Shown one piece after another: positions 26,708-39,300 of a DNA stretch of 64,000 nt. Both the position numbers and the translations under genes were made by a program. The notes under the pieces are model-generated. The model was not told the origin of the DNA, did not search any database, and saw only the letters and a list, made by a program, of their open reading frames with translations. Source of the DNA: Azolla caroliniana (lineage: Eukaryota > Plantae > Polypodiophyta); the NCBI GenBank assembly GCA_043228905.1, contig JBHGNT010000007.1, positions 4,960,001 to 5,024,000 of the forward strand, given 5' to 3'. How positions within the stretch are numbered: the first letter of the stretch is position 1; the number at the start of each line of letters is the position of its first letter.

Positions 26708-29038
26708 GGACACGTGATCTATGAGACTAACCCACGCCTTTTACGACTATGCTTTTGGAATTGCAATGGATACCCATGGAATGCGGGATTTGGCATAGAG
26801 GAGTTCACCGATGACTTAGATATCACACTTCTTGTTGAAACATGGGAGCATGATACTCAAAGGATTCAAGGTTTAGGAAACTATAATGTACACTCTTTGA
26901 TATGGAAGAAAAATCCAAGACAAAGAAGAGGACAAGGAGGGGTGGCATGTTTGATTAAGAAGGAAATAGCGAAATATGTGTCAATCATAAAAAATGATGA
27001 AAATAAATGCTATATATGGCTCAAAATAGAAACACCTAATGATTTGCCCACTTTTGTAGTTGGATGTTACATTCCTCATCAAGATTCTAACTTTTATGCT
27101 TGTTTGGATAAAGATCAACCGTTTGCCAATCTAGAAGATGATATTGCTTGTTTCAAATCCAAAGGGGAAGTTATTGTCTTTGGTGACATGAATGCTCGTA
27201 CAAGAAGTTTCCAACTTGATTCACAAGAATCTTTCATGCCACATATCTCAAGCATGCAAGAGGATATGCAAATGTATAACCGCTCTTCTAGCGATGAAAA
27301 AGATCCGTACCAATTTGTGAAGTTACTCCTACAAATGTGCAATAGTACCGGATTGTTTATTGCAAATGGTATTTCCTTATGGCCCAACAGTAATGGTTTT
27401 ACATGTAGAAAACACAACGGAAATAGTGTGATTGACTATGTGCTACTTTCTGAAGGTATTTTGGATCGTTATACATAAATTCTCACTTGGTGAATGGACA
27501 CCGGAATCCGATCATAGGCCTTTATGTATTGATCTCAAATGTATGCATAGGTTTGGTTGTGAGAAGGCTATTGAAGATAATAAACAACCGCACTTGAGCA
27601 TGAACCTTAAGCGAGCACCCATGTATTCCAAGATGGTTGAGGATATGTTACAAATGACAAAGATACAACATGGTGCCACACTAGAATGCAAATGGGAAGC
27701 TTTCAAGAAAGTCATTCTCTCATGTACAAACAAATGTTTTTCGACCAACCGCACATCTTGGAAGTGCACCAAGAAACTTAGGAAAAAATGGTTTGATAAA
27801 GAATGTCGTGAAGCTCGAAAGTGCCTTATGGTTTTGGATGTAGTTAAGGATAAAAGAGAATTACCAAAAGCATTTGCATGAGTATAAAAGGCTTATTCAA
27901 AGAAAGAGAAGAATATGGGAAGTTACTCAACAATTTATCCAAACACAAGAGAAAGCACATGCATGTGCTAAATTTTGGGGAAATCTAAAGGGAAAACGTG
28001 TTGAGAGTTATGGTGACTTAACTCTTCACGACTTGTCTATGCATTGTAAGAATTTATATGAGTTATCTCTTGCCGGAAAGATGATGTGTTATGGTTCTCT
28101 TTCACATATGTCTCCCTTCTTTACAATTGAAGATATATGCATAGGACTTAAGAAATTGGCCTCTCGAAAGGCAAGCGATCTTCAATGTATAAAGGCTGAA
28201 ATGCTCAAATGGACGGGAAAGGAAGCACATATATGAATAAGCGATATGTTTAATGATGCATTGCAACATGGTATGCCGTACGATTGGACTACAAATTGGA
28301 TCAAACCTTTACATAAAGGTGGAGATATAAATAATGTAAACAACTATCGAACCATCATGGTTGGCTTATTAATGGCAAAACTATCTGGATGTATAATAGA
28401 ATTAAAGATAAGTGTATGGGCTGAAAAAAGTGGTAAGAGAGCTTATGGACAAGTTGGCTTTCGGAAACACCATAGCACCATTGATCACCTTATCACCCTT
28501 CGAGTATTAATGGAGGAAAGTCGCCTTAGAGGTAAAGGTTTATATTGTTGCTTTGTAGACTTCAAGAAAGCTTTTGATATGGTACCTCGTGAGCATCTTT
28601 GGAGGCGAATGGAAGAACTTGAGGTGCCAAGGGAATATATGCTTGCAATTTCCCGAATTTATGAGAAGGTTATATGTTATGTGCGCATGAGAGATAAACT
28701 TTCAGATTTTTTCAAAAGCACTATTGGTGTTAAGCAAGGATGCCCACTCTAACCAACACTATTTGGTCTATGCATTGATGAATTGGAAGAAATGGTTACC
28801 CAGTTTGCAAAGGAAGAATGTGTTGAAGAAGTTGCCATTGGGAATGTTGTAATTATGCTTTTGCTATATGCAGATGATGTAGTGCTTTTTGCAAATACTT
28901 TAGGAGATGCACAAAAGCTTATGAAGGCATTGGAAAAATTTTGCATGCATACTAAATTAAGTGTCAATAGCTCTAAAACAAAGATTATGCTTGTGAAGAG
29001 CCAAAAAAGAGATAAACCATGCATTATGTACAACAATG

Positions 29039-32000
29039 TGTAGGGATTACGGTCCCTCCGGATGGGATGATCAGATGTCCGGGAATCGGGAATGAAGACC
29101 CGAATGAGGAGTACCCGGTATTGGAACCGGATGACGAAGACCCGGTTTCGGATCCGGATGATGAAGACCCCGGCTACGGAGCCGGATGCCGAATGTACCC
29201 GGAGAGAGATCCGGATGCGGGGACATATCTGTGAATATGTTTGCCAAGGGCCCTTGAGGCTATAGTTGTAAATAGCCCCAAAGTCATATGTGTATAAATA
29301 TGACTTAGGGCAAACAGTTTTACTGTTGCTTCTCATTTTTCTGTTTTTCCACTCTAGAGGTGTGAAGAGAGAGCAGCCGTGAGAAAGAGAGAAAGAAAGA
29401 GCGTGAGAGAGGAAGAGGTCGACGCCTCTGTGTATTTCCGCCGCCTGTGGCGAAGAAAGCGAGCTCAAGGTCGTTGCCTTGCAGCTCGCCATTGTATACT
29501 TCTCTGTATAGTGTTGATTTGGAGTCTTGTACTCCCGTGGTTTTTCCCATCTAGGGTTTTCCACGTTAATCCCTGTGTTCGCGTTTTGTTTGTTTCTCTT
29601 CGTGGTTCCTATTTTCTGCTCCATCGATTCGTGCTTACTCGGTTGTGGCCGAGTGAAGAAGGTGAATCTAAGTGTCGATTCCTTACAAACTGGTATCAGA
29701 GCGAACTGCTGCAGAAAATGGAAGGCGGCGGCAGCGGGCAGCCGGGGATGATGGTGCTGAATGCACAAAATTACGCCGACTGGAAGATCAAGATGGAGGA
29801 TCTTCTGATTGTTCGGGACCTGTACGAACCGATTGACAGGTCGGAAATACCGAAAGGGGTACTTGAGTCGGAGTGGAAGCTCCTGAACCGGAAAGCAGTA
29901 GCGACGATCCGACAATATGTCGATGTAAGCGTCCTACAACATGTGGCGAACGACACCAACGCATACGAGATGTGGAAGAAGCTGTCGGGCCTCTATGAGA
30001 GGAAGAATGCGTTGAACCGGACCTCCCTGATGAGGAAGATAGTGAATCTCAAGTACCGGGACGGCGAGAGTATGGTGGAACACGTAAGCACGTTCATGGG
30101 ATTCGTGAATCAGCTTGCGGCGATCAAGTTCCCGTTGGAGGATGCAATGCAAGCCATCATCCTGATGTGTACATTGCCGGAAAGCTGGGAGAACTTGGTG
30201 GTGACTCTCAGCACCTCGTGCACCGAAGATAACTTGTCCTTACAAACGGTAAAGACAAGTATTTTGAACGAAGAAGCGCGTCGGAGAGATAAAGAACCGG
30301 CCTCCGACACGAAGGCGCTGCTTACCGAATCGGATCGGGGAAGACAATGGAACCGGAGTCCGCAAAGACGGGAGAAGTCGGGGACCCGGTCGCAGTCAAG
30401 AGGAAGGCCTACATGCTTCCACTGTGGGAAGCCGGGGCACTTCCGAAAGAATTGTCGGCATTACCGAAAAGACAACGGAGCCGACGACACCGATTCGAAG
30501 AAGTCACCGGAGAGAAACGGTGCATACCGGGGAGCCACGGACCGGAGAGGTCCGGATCGGCGAGGGCAGGACCGGAAAGGAACGACGGCACTCGCGGCAA
30601 GTGAAGAAGAGATAATGCTCATTACCGAAGAGAGGGAGCTGAACCTTGCCGGAGTAGAGATGACCTGGGTGGTCGATTCCGGAGCGTCGTTCCACTTGAC
30701 CCCGGAGAAGAAATACTTCTCATCCTACACAGCCGGTGAGCACGGCTGTGTCCGGATGGGAAATGAAGGCACATGCCGGATTGCCGGCATAGGAGACGTG
30801 TGGCTGATGACATCAACCGGATGTAAAATGCTGCTGAAGGATGTCCGACACGTTCCGGAGGTTCGATTGAACCTGATTTCGGCCGGGAGGCTAGACGATG
30901 AAGGCTACACGGGTAGCATCCGGAACGGTGTCATGAAGTTCAGCAAGGGGAGCTTGATAGTGGCTCGGGCCCGGAAGGTCAACACACTGTACCTGATGAA
31001 TTCCCGGCTATGTCCGGAGGAGTTGAATGTGGCAGCCGACACTGCCGGTGAGCTGTGGCACAAGAGGCTGTGCCACATGAGTGAGAAGGGGATGAAGAGG
31101 CTTGCAGAAGACAACCTTATTCCAGTGAAGCATTTGCACTTGGAGAAGTGCACCGACTGCCTGGCCGGTAAGCAAAACCGGACCTCCTTCCACTCAAGGC
31201 CACCGACGAGACGTAGTGCACCATTGGAGCTGGTGCATACTGACGTGTGTCAAGTAGAAACGAAGTCACATGGCGGAGCCCAGTACTTCGTAACATTCAT
31301 AGATGATCACAGCCGGAAGCTGTGGACGGCACCGTTGAAGACAAAGGACCGAGTGTTGTCCGTCTTCAAAGAACTCCACGCGAGAGTGGAAAGAGAATCC
31401 GGCAAGAAGCTGAAAGCGATACGAGCGGATAACGGAGGGGAATACCGGGGGCAGTTCCAGGAGTACTGTCGCTCGAAGGGAATCCGGCTCGAGTTTACTG
31501 TGCCGAAGACGCCGGAACTGAACGGGCTGGCCGAGAGGATGAACCGGACCATAATGGAGAGGGTCCGGAGTATGCTGGCGCATGCGAAATTACCCAAGGG
31601 ATTTTGGGCTGAGGCAATGTCGACGGCGACATATGTGATAAATAGATCACCCTCAGTACCTTTGGACGGAGACACGCCGCAGAGAGTGTGGACCGGTAGG
31701 GAAGTATCCTACCGGCATCTGAAGGTGTTCGGGTGTCTCGCATACGTGCATGTGGCAAAGGACCGGAGAGGAAAGCTAGATCCAAAGACCCGGCCATGCA
31801 TATTCCTCGGTTACGGCGACGACGAGTTCGGCTACCGAGTATGGGACCCGGTCGACAAGAAGATATTCAGGAGTCGAGACATCATCTTCATGGAGGACAA
31901 GACACTTGCCGACTGGGAGTCGGAGAAGAAGATGAAGAGCTCAAAGTCGACCGGTGAGGATCAACTCTACGAGGAGCAGTCCCGACCGGCAAGGGACCGG

Positions 32001-34450
32001 TTAGCACTCGAGGATCTGGCCGAAGACGGTGAAGAAATAGAACCGGCCGAAGAAGACGAAAATGATACCGGAACCGGCCCCGATCCCGCAATGGATTCGG
32101 ATGAAGAAGAATCGGAAGAACCGGTTACCGAAGCTCCGGAACGGAGATACCCTCTAAGAGAGAGAAGGGCCCCTCGGAGATTTCCGGATCCAGAGCACGT
32201 GCTGCTAACCGATGAGGGGGAGCCGGAGAGCTTGGAAGAAGCAAAGCATGACACCCATAGCCGCAGGTGGTTAAGTGCCATGCAGGACGAGATGGATTCC
32301 CTGCATGAGAACCACACATATGAACTTGTGGAGTTGCCGAAAGGAAAGCGGGCACTTCGAAACAAGTGGGTGTTCAAGCTGAAATCGGGAGATGCCGGAA
32401 ACCCCCCGAGATACAAAGCCAGGATCGTGGTGAAGGGGTTTCAACAGAAGAAGGGCGTCGACTTCGACGAGATATTTGCCCCGGTAGTGAAGATGACCTC
32501 CATCCGGACGGTGCTGAGCATAGCAGCAAGCATGGACCTCGAGGTAGAACAGATGGACGTGAAGACGGCATTCCTTCACGGTGACCTCGAAGAAGAGATC
32601 TACATGCAGCAACCGGAAGGATTCGAGAAGAAAGGAAAGGAGCACTTGGTATGCCGGTTGAAGAAGAGCCTCTACGGTCTGAAGCAGGCTCCCCGGCAAT
32701 GGTACCGGAAGTTCGACTCCTTCATGACCGACGAAGGGTACCTCAAAACGCAGTCTGACCACTGCGTGTTTGTGAAGAAGTTCGAAGGAGGAGACTTTCT
32801 AATACTCCTCCTGTACGTGGACGACATGTTGATCGTCGGACGGGACCAGGTCAAGATACGGATGCTGAAGAAGGCTCTTCACCGAACCTTCTCAATGAAG
32901 GACCTGGGTCCGGCGAGGCAAATACTAGGGATGCACATCATCCGGGACCGGAAGAAGAGGCAGTTGTGGCTGTCACAGGAGAAGTACGTGACAAAGGTGC
33001 TTCACCGGTTCAACATGTCGGAAGCAAGACCGGTCGGATCGACCCTCCCGGCAAACTGCAAGTTGTCCAGCAAGCAAAGTCCCAAGACAAAGGCTGAAAA
33101 GGAGGATATGATGAAAGTGCCGTATGCCTCAGCCGTCGGGAGCTTAATGTACGCCATGGTGTGTACGAGACCGGACATAGGATATGCAGTTGGAGTGGTG
33201 AGCCGGTACATGAGCAATCCCGGCAAGGAGCACTGGAACGCGGTCAAGTGGATACTCCGATACCTGAAGGGCACGACAAACGTGTGCCTCCGATTCGGCT
33301 CCGGTAAGCCCGAACTCGACGGCTTCACCGATTCGGATATGTCGGCTGATGCAGATACCAGCCGGTCCACATCAGGGTATGTGATGACGTATGCAGGGGG
33401 AGCTGTTTCATGGCAGTCGAGGCTGCAGAAGACGGTTGCGTTGTCAACCACGGAGGCGGAGTACATGGCGGCTGTTGAAGCTGGCAAGGAAATAATATGG
33501 ATGAAGGACTTCATTAGAGAGCTCGGTATCCAGCAGGAGGAGTACCGACTCTACTGCGACAGTCAGAGTGCCATCCACCTTGCGAAGAATGCGGCCTATC
33601 ACTCCCGGACGAAGCACATCCAGCGAAGATATCATTGGATCCGGGAAAGGATAGAAGACCAGGAGTTCGTGCTGACGAAGATCCACACGGACGAGAACGG
33701 GTCAGATATGCTGACCAAAGTGCTCACACCCGACAAGCTGGAAGCGTGCCGGAAGAGGGTCGGACTGGAAAGACATCCCATGCCGAAGTGAAGGGGGAGT
33801 TTGTAGGGATTACGGTCCCTCCGGATGGGATGATCAGATGTCCGGGAATCGGGAATGAAGACCCGAATGAGGAGTACCCGGTATTGGAACCGGATGACGA
33901 AGACCCGGTTTCGGATCCGGATGATGAAGACCCCGGCTACGGAGCCGGATGCCGAATGTACCCGGAGAGAGATCCGGATGCGGGGACATATCTGTGAATA
34001 TGTTTGCCAAGGGCCCTTGAGGCTATAGTTGTAAATAGCCCCAAAGTCATATGTGTATAAATATGACTTAGGGCAAACAGTTTTACTGTTGCTTCTCATT
34101 TTTCTGTTTTTCCACTCTAGAGGTGTGAAGAGAGAGCAGCCGTGAGAAAGAGAGAAAGAAAGAGCGTGAGAGAGGAAGAGGTCGACGCCTCTGTGTATTT
34201 CCGCCGCCTGTGGCGAAGAAAGCGAGCTCAAGGTCGTTGCCTTGCAGCTCGCCATTGTATACTTCTCTGTATAGTGTTGATTTGGAGTCTTGTACTCCCG
34301 TGGTTTTTCCCATCTAGGGTTTTCCACGTTAATCCCTGTGTTCGCGTTTTGTTTGTTTCTCTTCGTGGTTCCTATTTTCTGCTCCATCGATTCGTGCTTA
34401 CTCGGTTGTGGCCAAGTGAAGAAGGTGAATCTAAGTGTCGATTCCTTACA
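29039..34450 (+). mobile_element. Young, intact Tnt1/Tork-like Copia T1
   Basis: 649-bp LTRs at 29039-29687 and 33802-34450 with only one difference seen (GCCGAG vs GCCAAG). TSD CAATG. PBS 29691-29702. PPT GAAGGGGGAG just before 33802. Confidence 0.97.
29718..33791 (+). CDS. Copia gag-pol polyprotein, 1357 aa, uninterrupted
   Basis: First ATG after the PBS. CFHCGKPGHFRKNC, VDSGAS, HTDVC/RADNGGEY/AERMNRT, YVDDML, TDSDM, KHIQRRYHW. Confidence 0.96.
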   Translation: MEGGGSGQPGMMVLNAQNYADWKIKMEDLLIVRDLYEPIDRSEIPKGVLESEWKLLNRKAVATIRQYVDVSVLQHVANDTNAYEMWKKLSGLYERKNALNRTSLMRKIVNLKYRDGESMVEHVSTFMGFVNQLAAIKFPLEDAMQAIILMCTLPESWENLVVTLSTSCTEDNLSLQTVKTSILNEEARRRDKEPASDTKALLTESDRGRQWNRSPQRREKSGTRSQSRGRPTCFHCGKPGHFRKNCRHYRKDNGADDTDSKKSPERNGAYRGATDRRGPDRRGQDRKGTTALAASEEEIMLITEERELNLAGVEMTWVVDSGASFHLTPEKKYFSSYTAGEHGCVRMGNEGTCRIAGIGDVWLMTSTGCKMLLKDVRHVPEVRLNLISAGRLDDEGYTGSIRNGVMKFSKGSLIVARARKVNTLYLMNSRLCPEELNVAADTAGELWHKRLCHMSEKGMKRLAEDNLIPVKHLHLEKCTDCLAGKQNRTSFHSRPPTRRSAPLELVHTDVCQVETKSHGGAQYFVTFIDDHSRKLWTAPLKTKDRVLSVFKELHARVERESGKKLKAIRADNGGEYRGQFQEYCRSKGIRLEFTVPKTPELNGLAERMNRTIMERVRSMLAHAKLPKGFWAEAMSTATYVINRSPSVPLDGDTPQRVWTGREVSYRHLKVFGCLAYVHVAKDRRGKLDPKTRPCIFLGYGDDEFGYRVWDPVDKKIFRSRDIIFMEDKTLADWESEKKMKSSKSTGEDQLYEEQSRPARDRLALEDLAEDGEEIEPAEEDENDTGTGPDPAMDSDEEESEEPVTEAPERRYPLRERRAPRRFPDPEHVLLTDEGEPESLEEAKHDTHSRRWLSAMQDEMDSLHENHTYELVELPKGKRALRNKWVFKLKSGDAGNPPRYKARIVVKGFQQKKGVDFDEIFAPVVKMTSIRTVLSIAASMDLEVEQMDVKTAFLHGDLEEEIYMQQPEGFEKKGKEHLVCRLKKSLYGLKQAPRQWYRKFDSFMTDEGYLKTQSDHCVFVKKFEGGDFLILLLYVDDMLIVGRDQVKIRMLKKALHRTFSMKDLGPARQILGMHIIRDRKKRQLWLSQEKYVTKVLHRFNMSEARPVGSTLPANCKLSSKQSPKTKAEKEDMMKVPYASAVGSLMYAMVCTRPDIGYAVGVVSRYMSNPGKEHWNAVKWILRYLKGTTNVCLRFGSGKPELDGFTDSDMSADADTSRSTSGYVMTYAGGAVSWQSRLQKTVALSTTEAEYMAAVEAGKEIIWMKDFIRELGIQQEEYRLYCDSQSAIHLAKNAAYHSRTKHIQRRYHWIRERIEDQEFVLTKIHTDENGSDMLTKVLTPDKLEACRKRVGLERHPMPK

Positions 34451-36393
34451 CAATGAGCCACTTGAATGTGTGGAAAGCTTCAAATATCTTGGCCTTGAAG
34501 TTCCTTCAAATCATAGATGGAATGAATGTGCTACACGCCGCTTAGAGGCGGGCAAGCGAGCATACTATGCATTTGAGAACACATGCAATCTTGGAGATAT
34601 TAAGTGTTGGGTCCTCAAGAAATATCTTTTCGACACTTTGGTGACACCGGTTCTTCTCTATGGGGTGGAAGTATGGGGCGGTAGTATCCCTAAATCTATG
34701 TGGAAAGAGTTTGAAAATGTCCAAAAGCATTTTCTTACCAAGTTTCTACAAGTTAAGAAACAAACGCCCTACACCCTCCTCCTCCTTGAGATGGGATCGC
34801 TTCCCATTGAGATCATGGCCATGGAAAGGGTTGTTGAATACATGCTTAAGGTTCAAAAAAGCCCCTCACATCGACTTCCTAGAATTGCGTGGGAAGCAAG
34901 CAAAAAGATCCAAAAGATGCATAAAAGCAAAATTTTGTGTTCCGGTTGGATGTAAGATATAGAAAAATGGTTTGGTAGATGGGATGCGAGACACTTGTTT
35001 CATGATGCATCATTAGATTCCTCTGTAAATGAGGCATTTTTGCAACGCCAATGTATCATGACATGGGACAAATGTGGAGGCTCACGTTTCACACATTATA
35101 CTACACATGTTGCACCTAACTACAAAACCATATTCTTTGCGGAATGGGGAAATCGTACACATCCATACATGTTAGAGCCCATACCGTTATCTGCCATTCG
35201 AACCATTGCTTCCATGCGACTTAGCTCACATGCATTGCGATGTGAAACAGGGCGTTGGGATACAAGTGATGAGAGTGGTCGGCTATGCACACTTTGCCCT
35301 AAACAAGTTCTCGAGTCTGAGTATCACACTTTGATACAATGCTCTGCCTTTGATCATATTCGATCATGCTTTCCACACCTCTTCGATCGAGCCCAATCTT
35401 TGCATGAATTCCTCTCACAACCACAATGTACACTCTCGATTGCAACATTCATTGGTAAAGTTCTTGAACATCGAGAGTCACTACTCACTTTCACATGTAT
35501 CACGTGAAATGTAATATTTTTAGTCTCATAGGTCATATTTGACCTCCGAAGACGATAATATAATCTATCTATCTATCTCTCTATCTGTACAACAGTTACA
35601 ACAATATGTCAACAACACAATCACAATCACGCTCGCTATAAGGTGATTGCCCTAAGTCATATTTATAGCTATATGAACTTAGGGCTATTTACAAATATAG
35701 CCTCAATGGGTTTATTGAAGACATATTTACAAATCTGTCTTCCCTTCCGGTTCTCACCGGCTCTCTTCCGATTCTCACCGGGTTCTCTTTATTCATCACC
35801 AGATCCCATCTGGAGAGACCGATTTCCCAACAATCTCCCCCTTCACTCCGGCATGGGATGCCTTGTAAGTCTGATCCGCTTCCGGCATGCGTCTAGCTTG
35901 TCGGGTGTCAGCACCTTGGTCAGCATATCTGACACGTTCTCCTTCTCTCGATCTTCAACTCGCTCCCGGATCCAGTGGTACCTGCTCTAGATGTGCTTCA
36001 TTCTGGAATGGTATGACGCGTTCTTTGCAAGGTGGATGGCACTTTGTAGTAGAGTCGGTATTCCTCTTGTTGGATCCCTAGCTCTCCGATGAAGTCCTTC
36101 ATCCATAATATTTGCTTGCCGGCTTCCACGGCTGCCATATACTCCGCCTCCATGGTTGATAACGCAACCGTCCTCTCCATCCTCAACTGCCACGAAACAG
36201 CTCCCCCTGCATAGGTCATGACATATCCGGAAGTTGACCGGCTGGTGTCCACATCAGCCAACATATCCGAATCGGTAAATCCTTCCATGAGGGGTTTACC
36301 AAACCCGAATCGGAGGCACATACTTGAAGTTCCCTTCAAGTACCGGAGTATCCATTTTACCGCATTCTAGTGCTCTTTACTGGGGTTGGTCAT

Positions 36394-39300
36394 TGTTGAG
36401 ATATCAAGCTCAACTAGTTTAATCTAGTTAGTCAACACATGTAACTTAGTAGTTACCTAGATCGAATCTAGTTAATGTGTTGACCTTAAGCCTTTAAATA
36501 GGACCTTGTACTTAAGTGGGATATTCTAGATCCTCCACTCCTTAGTGCATTTAATGTAGGACTTACACATAAGTACCTATGTTCTACCCATGCATGTGCA
36601 CCTTTGCACATGGGTTGTATATATACCTCATTGTGGGTATTTTTGTATGTTGATGACACTTTTCAATATAGTCAATCATCCCCCATTTATCTTCGTGTTC
36701 ATAAGTGTAACTTCCTCTCTTTCTCTCTTCCTCTCACACACTCTCACGTGCATATCATACTAATCTTCCGCTGCTTAACGTAACCATATAATTAGTCTCT
36801 AATTAACCCTAGTTAATTACCTAATTACTTAACATGGTATCAGAGCGCGTGGTTTAGGAAATCCACTAAGCCCACCACTTATTCGTGATTGTGTGTTCAA
36901 GACGCCGACGACAAATCCCGGCTATTCGCTATCCGCTACCGTAGTGCTGCTATGAAGGACGTGTACGCGACCAAGAGAAGAAAAACAAAACGGAAGACAC
37001 AACAATCAACATGAACACACAAATGGGAAGCTCACTCCCTAGCGAAAAGCTAGACCGAAGAAACTATTCATCTTGGGAGTACAAGATGAATCAATACCTT
37101 GTCGGCCAAGGGTATTGGATCTACATCAACGGCGCACAAGAAAACAAACCCGAAACCACACACGCCAACTACCCAACGTGGGAGCAAGGCGCGAGTCGGG
37201 TAATGTATTGCTTGGCCACATGTGTAAACGACCACATGCTTAGCCACATTCATGACGCCAAGACGCCCAAAGAGGCGTGGGAAAATCTCAAGAAGATTTT
37301 CGCCGCGGACACATCCGCGCGCAAGCTTCAACTCCGGCAAGAGTTGACCAACATATGACAAAAAGAAATGTCCGTGACGGACTACACCACCAAGATCAAG
37401 AGCATTTGCGACTCTCTTGTTTCCATCAACGTCAACATCGACGAGGACGAGATGGTGCAAGTATGCTTGGGCGGCCTTGCACAACGATTCAACTCGTTGA
37501 GAACGGCAATCTTGGCGAGAGATACCCCTCCCTCGTTCCTCAACCTCCAATCAATGCTATTGGTCGAAGAAAACCACGTTCAATCAAAGACCAGCACATT
37601 GGACGGACAAATGCTCTTCTCCGATATGGATGGTGCCCATAGACGAGGTCGAAGCGGAAGAGGTCAATTCGACCTATCCCACGAAGGGAATTCACAATTT
37701 CGGCAAGGAAATGGAAGCCATCGAGGAACCTTCACAAGAAGGGGGAACTTCCACGCCGAACAAGGTCGGCGAACGACACCACCTACGTGCAACTATTGCG
37801 GCAAAATCGGCCATCGCGAAGAGGAGTGCCGAAAAAGACGAAGCGAGTCGGCCTCAACAAGCTGGCAACTCACAAATTACGCCACGAACGCGGAATACGC
37901 GGACTACGGTAGACTCTTCGTGATGAGGCATAGAGCGAACTCTATGATGGCCTCCGATCCCGCAAACTCCACAAGCACCTCCAACTCCTAACACGCGTGG
38001 TTCGTAGACTCTGGCGCCTCGCACCACATGACGTCGCACCAAGAGTGGTTTCGCGACTTGCGAACGCCGGATCGACCCGGCTACATAGAGACCGGAGACG
38101 ACACTCCACATCCCATTCGGCACATCGGTGATGTCCCATTCGGGAAAGAAGGCGAGCAAACATGCATCAAGAATGTCTTGCACATGCCCACAATAACAAA
38201 GAATTTGGTCTCGATCAGCCAAATCATGGAGCAAGGCATGCAAGTCTGCTTCAACAATGAAGGTTGCTTCATCGAGAAAGACGACCGACTCATAGCCAAG
38301 GGACGGAGAGACGGTCGCTTGTTAATCCTCGACTCGAACGAGGTAAAATCGGCCATGTACGCCAAAGGTCTCAAGACCGAGACAAACATCGAGTTGTGGC
38401 ACAAGCGAATCGGCCATGTAAACCTCCAACGGCTTCGCGGAATGCAATCAAAGGGAGTCGTAATCGAACTTCCGGCCTTCGAATCGAAACAAGTCGACTG
38501 AGTGTGCGAAGCATGCCAACTCAGCAAACAACATCAACTCCTATTCCCGAAGGAGAGCTCCGCAAGCAAAGGCCTCCTTGACATAATCCACTCGGACGTA
38601 TGGGGACTGGCTCAAACGCCGACACTCGGCGGATGCCGCTACTACGTCACCTTCATCAACGACCACTCGCGCTACGTGTGGATATACCGGATGAAGAAGA
38701 AGAGCGAAGTGCTCTCCCACTTTCAAAGGCTCAAAAGGCAAGTGAAGAAAGAAACCGGTCGGCACATTCGATGCCTACGATCGGACGGAGGAAAGGAGTA
38801 CTTCGCCGACGAGTTCACCTCCTACCTCCAAGGTGAAGGCATTTGTAGAGAATTCTCATGCCGACACACTCCCCAACAAAACGGAGTAGCCAGGAGAAAG
38901 AATCGGCAAATTCTCAAGGTAGCACGCGCCATGATGCATGAGAAGCATATGTCGAACTTCTATTGGGCGGAAGCGGCATCCACGGCCGTCTATCTCATGA
39001 ATTGATGCACCACAAATAGCGTGCACGAGCTTACTCCATACGAGATCTTCGTCGGAAGAAAGCCCATCCTCTCGCACCTCAAGGTGTTCGGAAGCATTGC
39101 GAATATACGCATCACGAACAAAAGTCGAGAGAAGCCCGACGCGAAGTCGGAAGAATGTATCCTCATAGGATACTTGTCCGCGAAAAAGGCGTACAAGTGC
39201 TTCAACCCTTCGACCTGAGCGGTGCGGATAAGTCGCGACGTCGTTTTCGACGAATCGACATCTTGGTATAAGCCCGATGTGACTCCATCCGACCCGATTG

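Larger units (their letters stand above)
26714..35507 (+). pseudogene. LINE B ORF2 (APE-RT-CCHC), disrupted
   Basis: Frameshifts near 27470 and 27875; stops at 28234, 28750 and 34953; Copia insertion at 29039-34450 (YNN|EPLECV joins across it). Confidence 0.88.
25811..35586 (+). mobile_element. LINE B (non-L1; RTEX/L2-CR1-like), near full length, interrupted by Copia T1
   Basis: ORF1 25838-26707. ORF2 with APE (WNCNG, LVETW, GDMNAR, VIDY, SDH), RT (DFKKAFD, GVKQGCPL, YADD) and C-terminal CETGRW...CTLC...EYHTLIQC. (ATCT)n tail about 35563-35586. Lies within a (CT)n tract of the E6 LTR. Confidence 0.9.

Noticed and set aside
29379-29717. N-terminal 113 aa of the 1470-aa ORF (and the first 34 aa of ORF 58258)
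   Set aside because: This is open frame through the LTR and PBS from a GTG start. The real start is the ATG after the PBS (29718 and 58360), giving 1357 aa in both copies.
28749-29915. 388-aa and 283-aa (33632-34483) antisense ORFs across the T1 LTRs
   Set aside because: They cross element boundaries into unrelated flanks, show no motifs and are not preserved in T2.
33635-33997. Acidic ORF with DDEDP repeats (also 29019-29234)
   Set aside because: Translation of the U3 tandem repeats. The repeat units in T2 are not multiples of three, so no frame is conserved.
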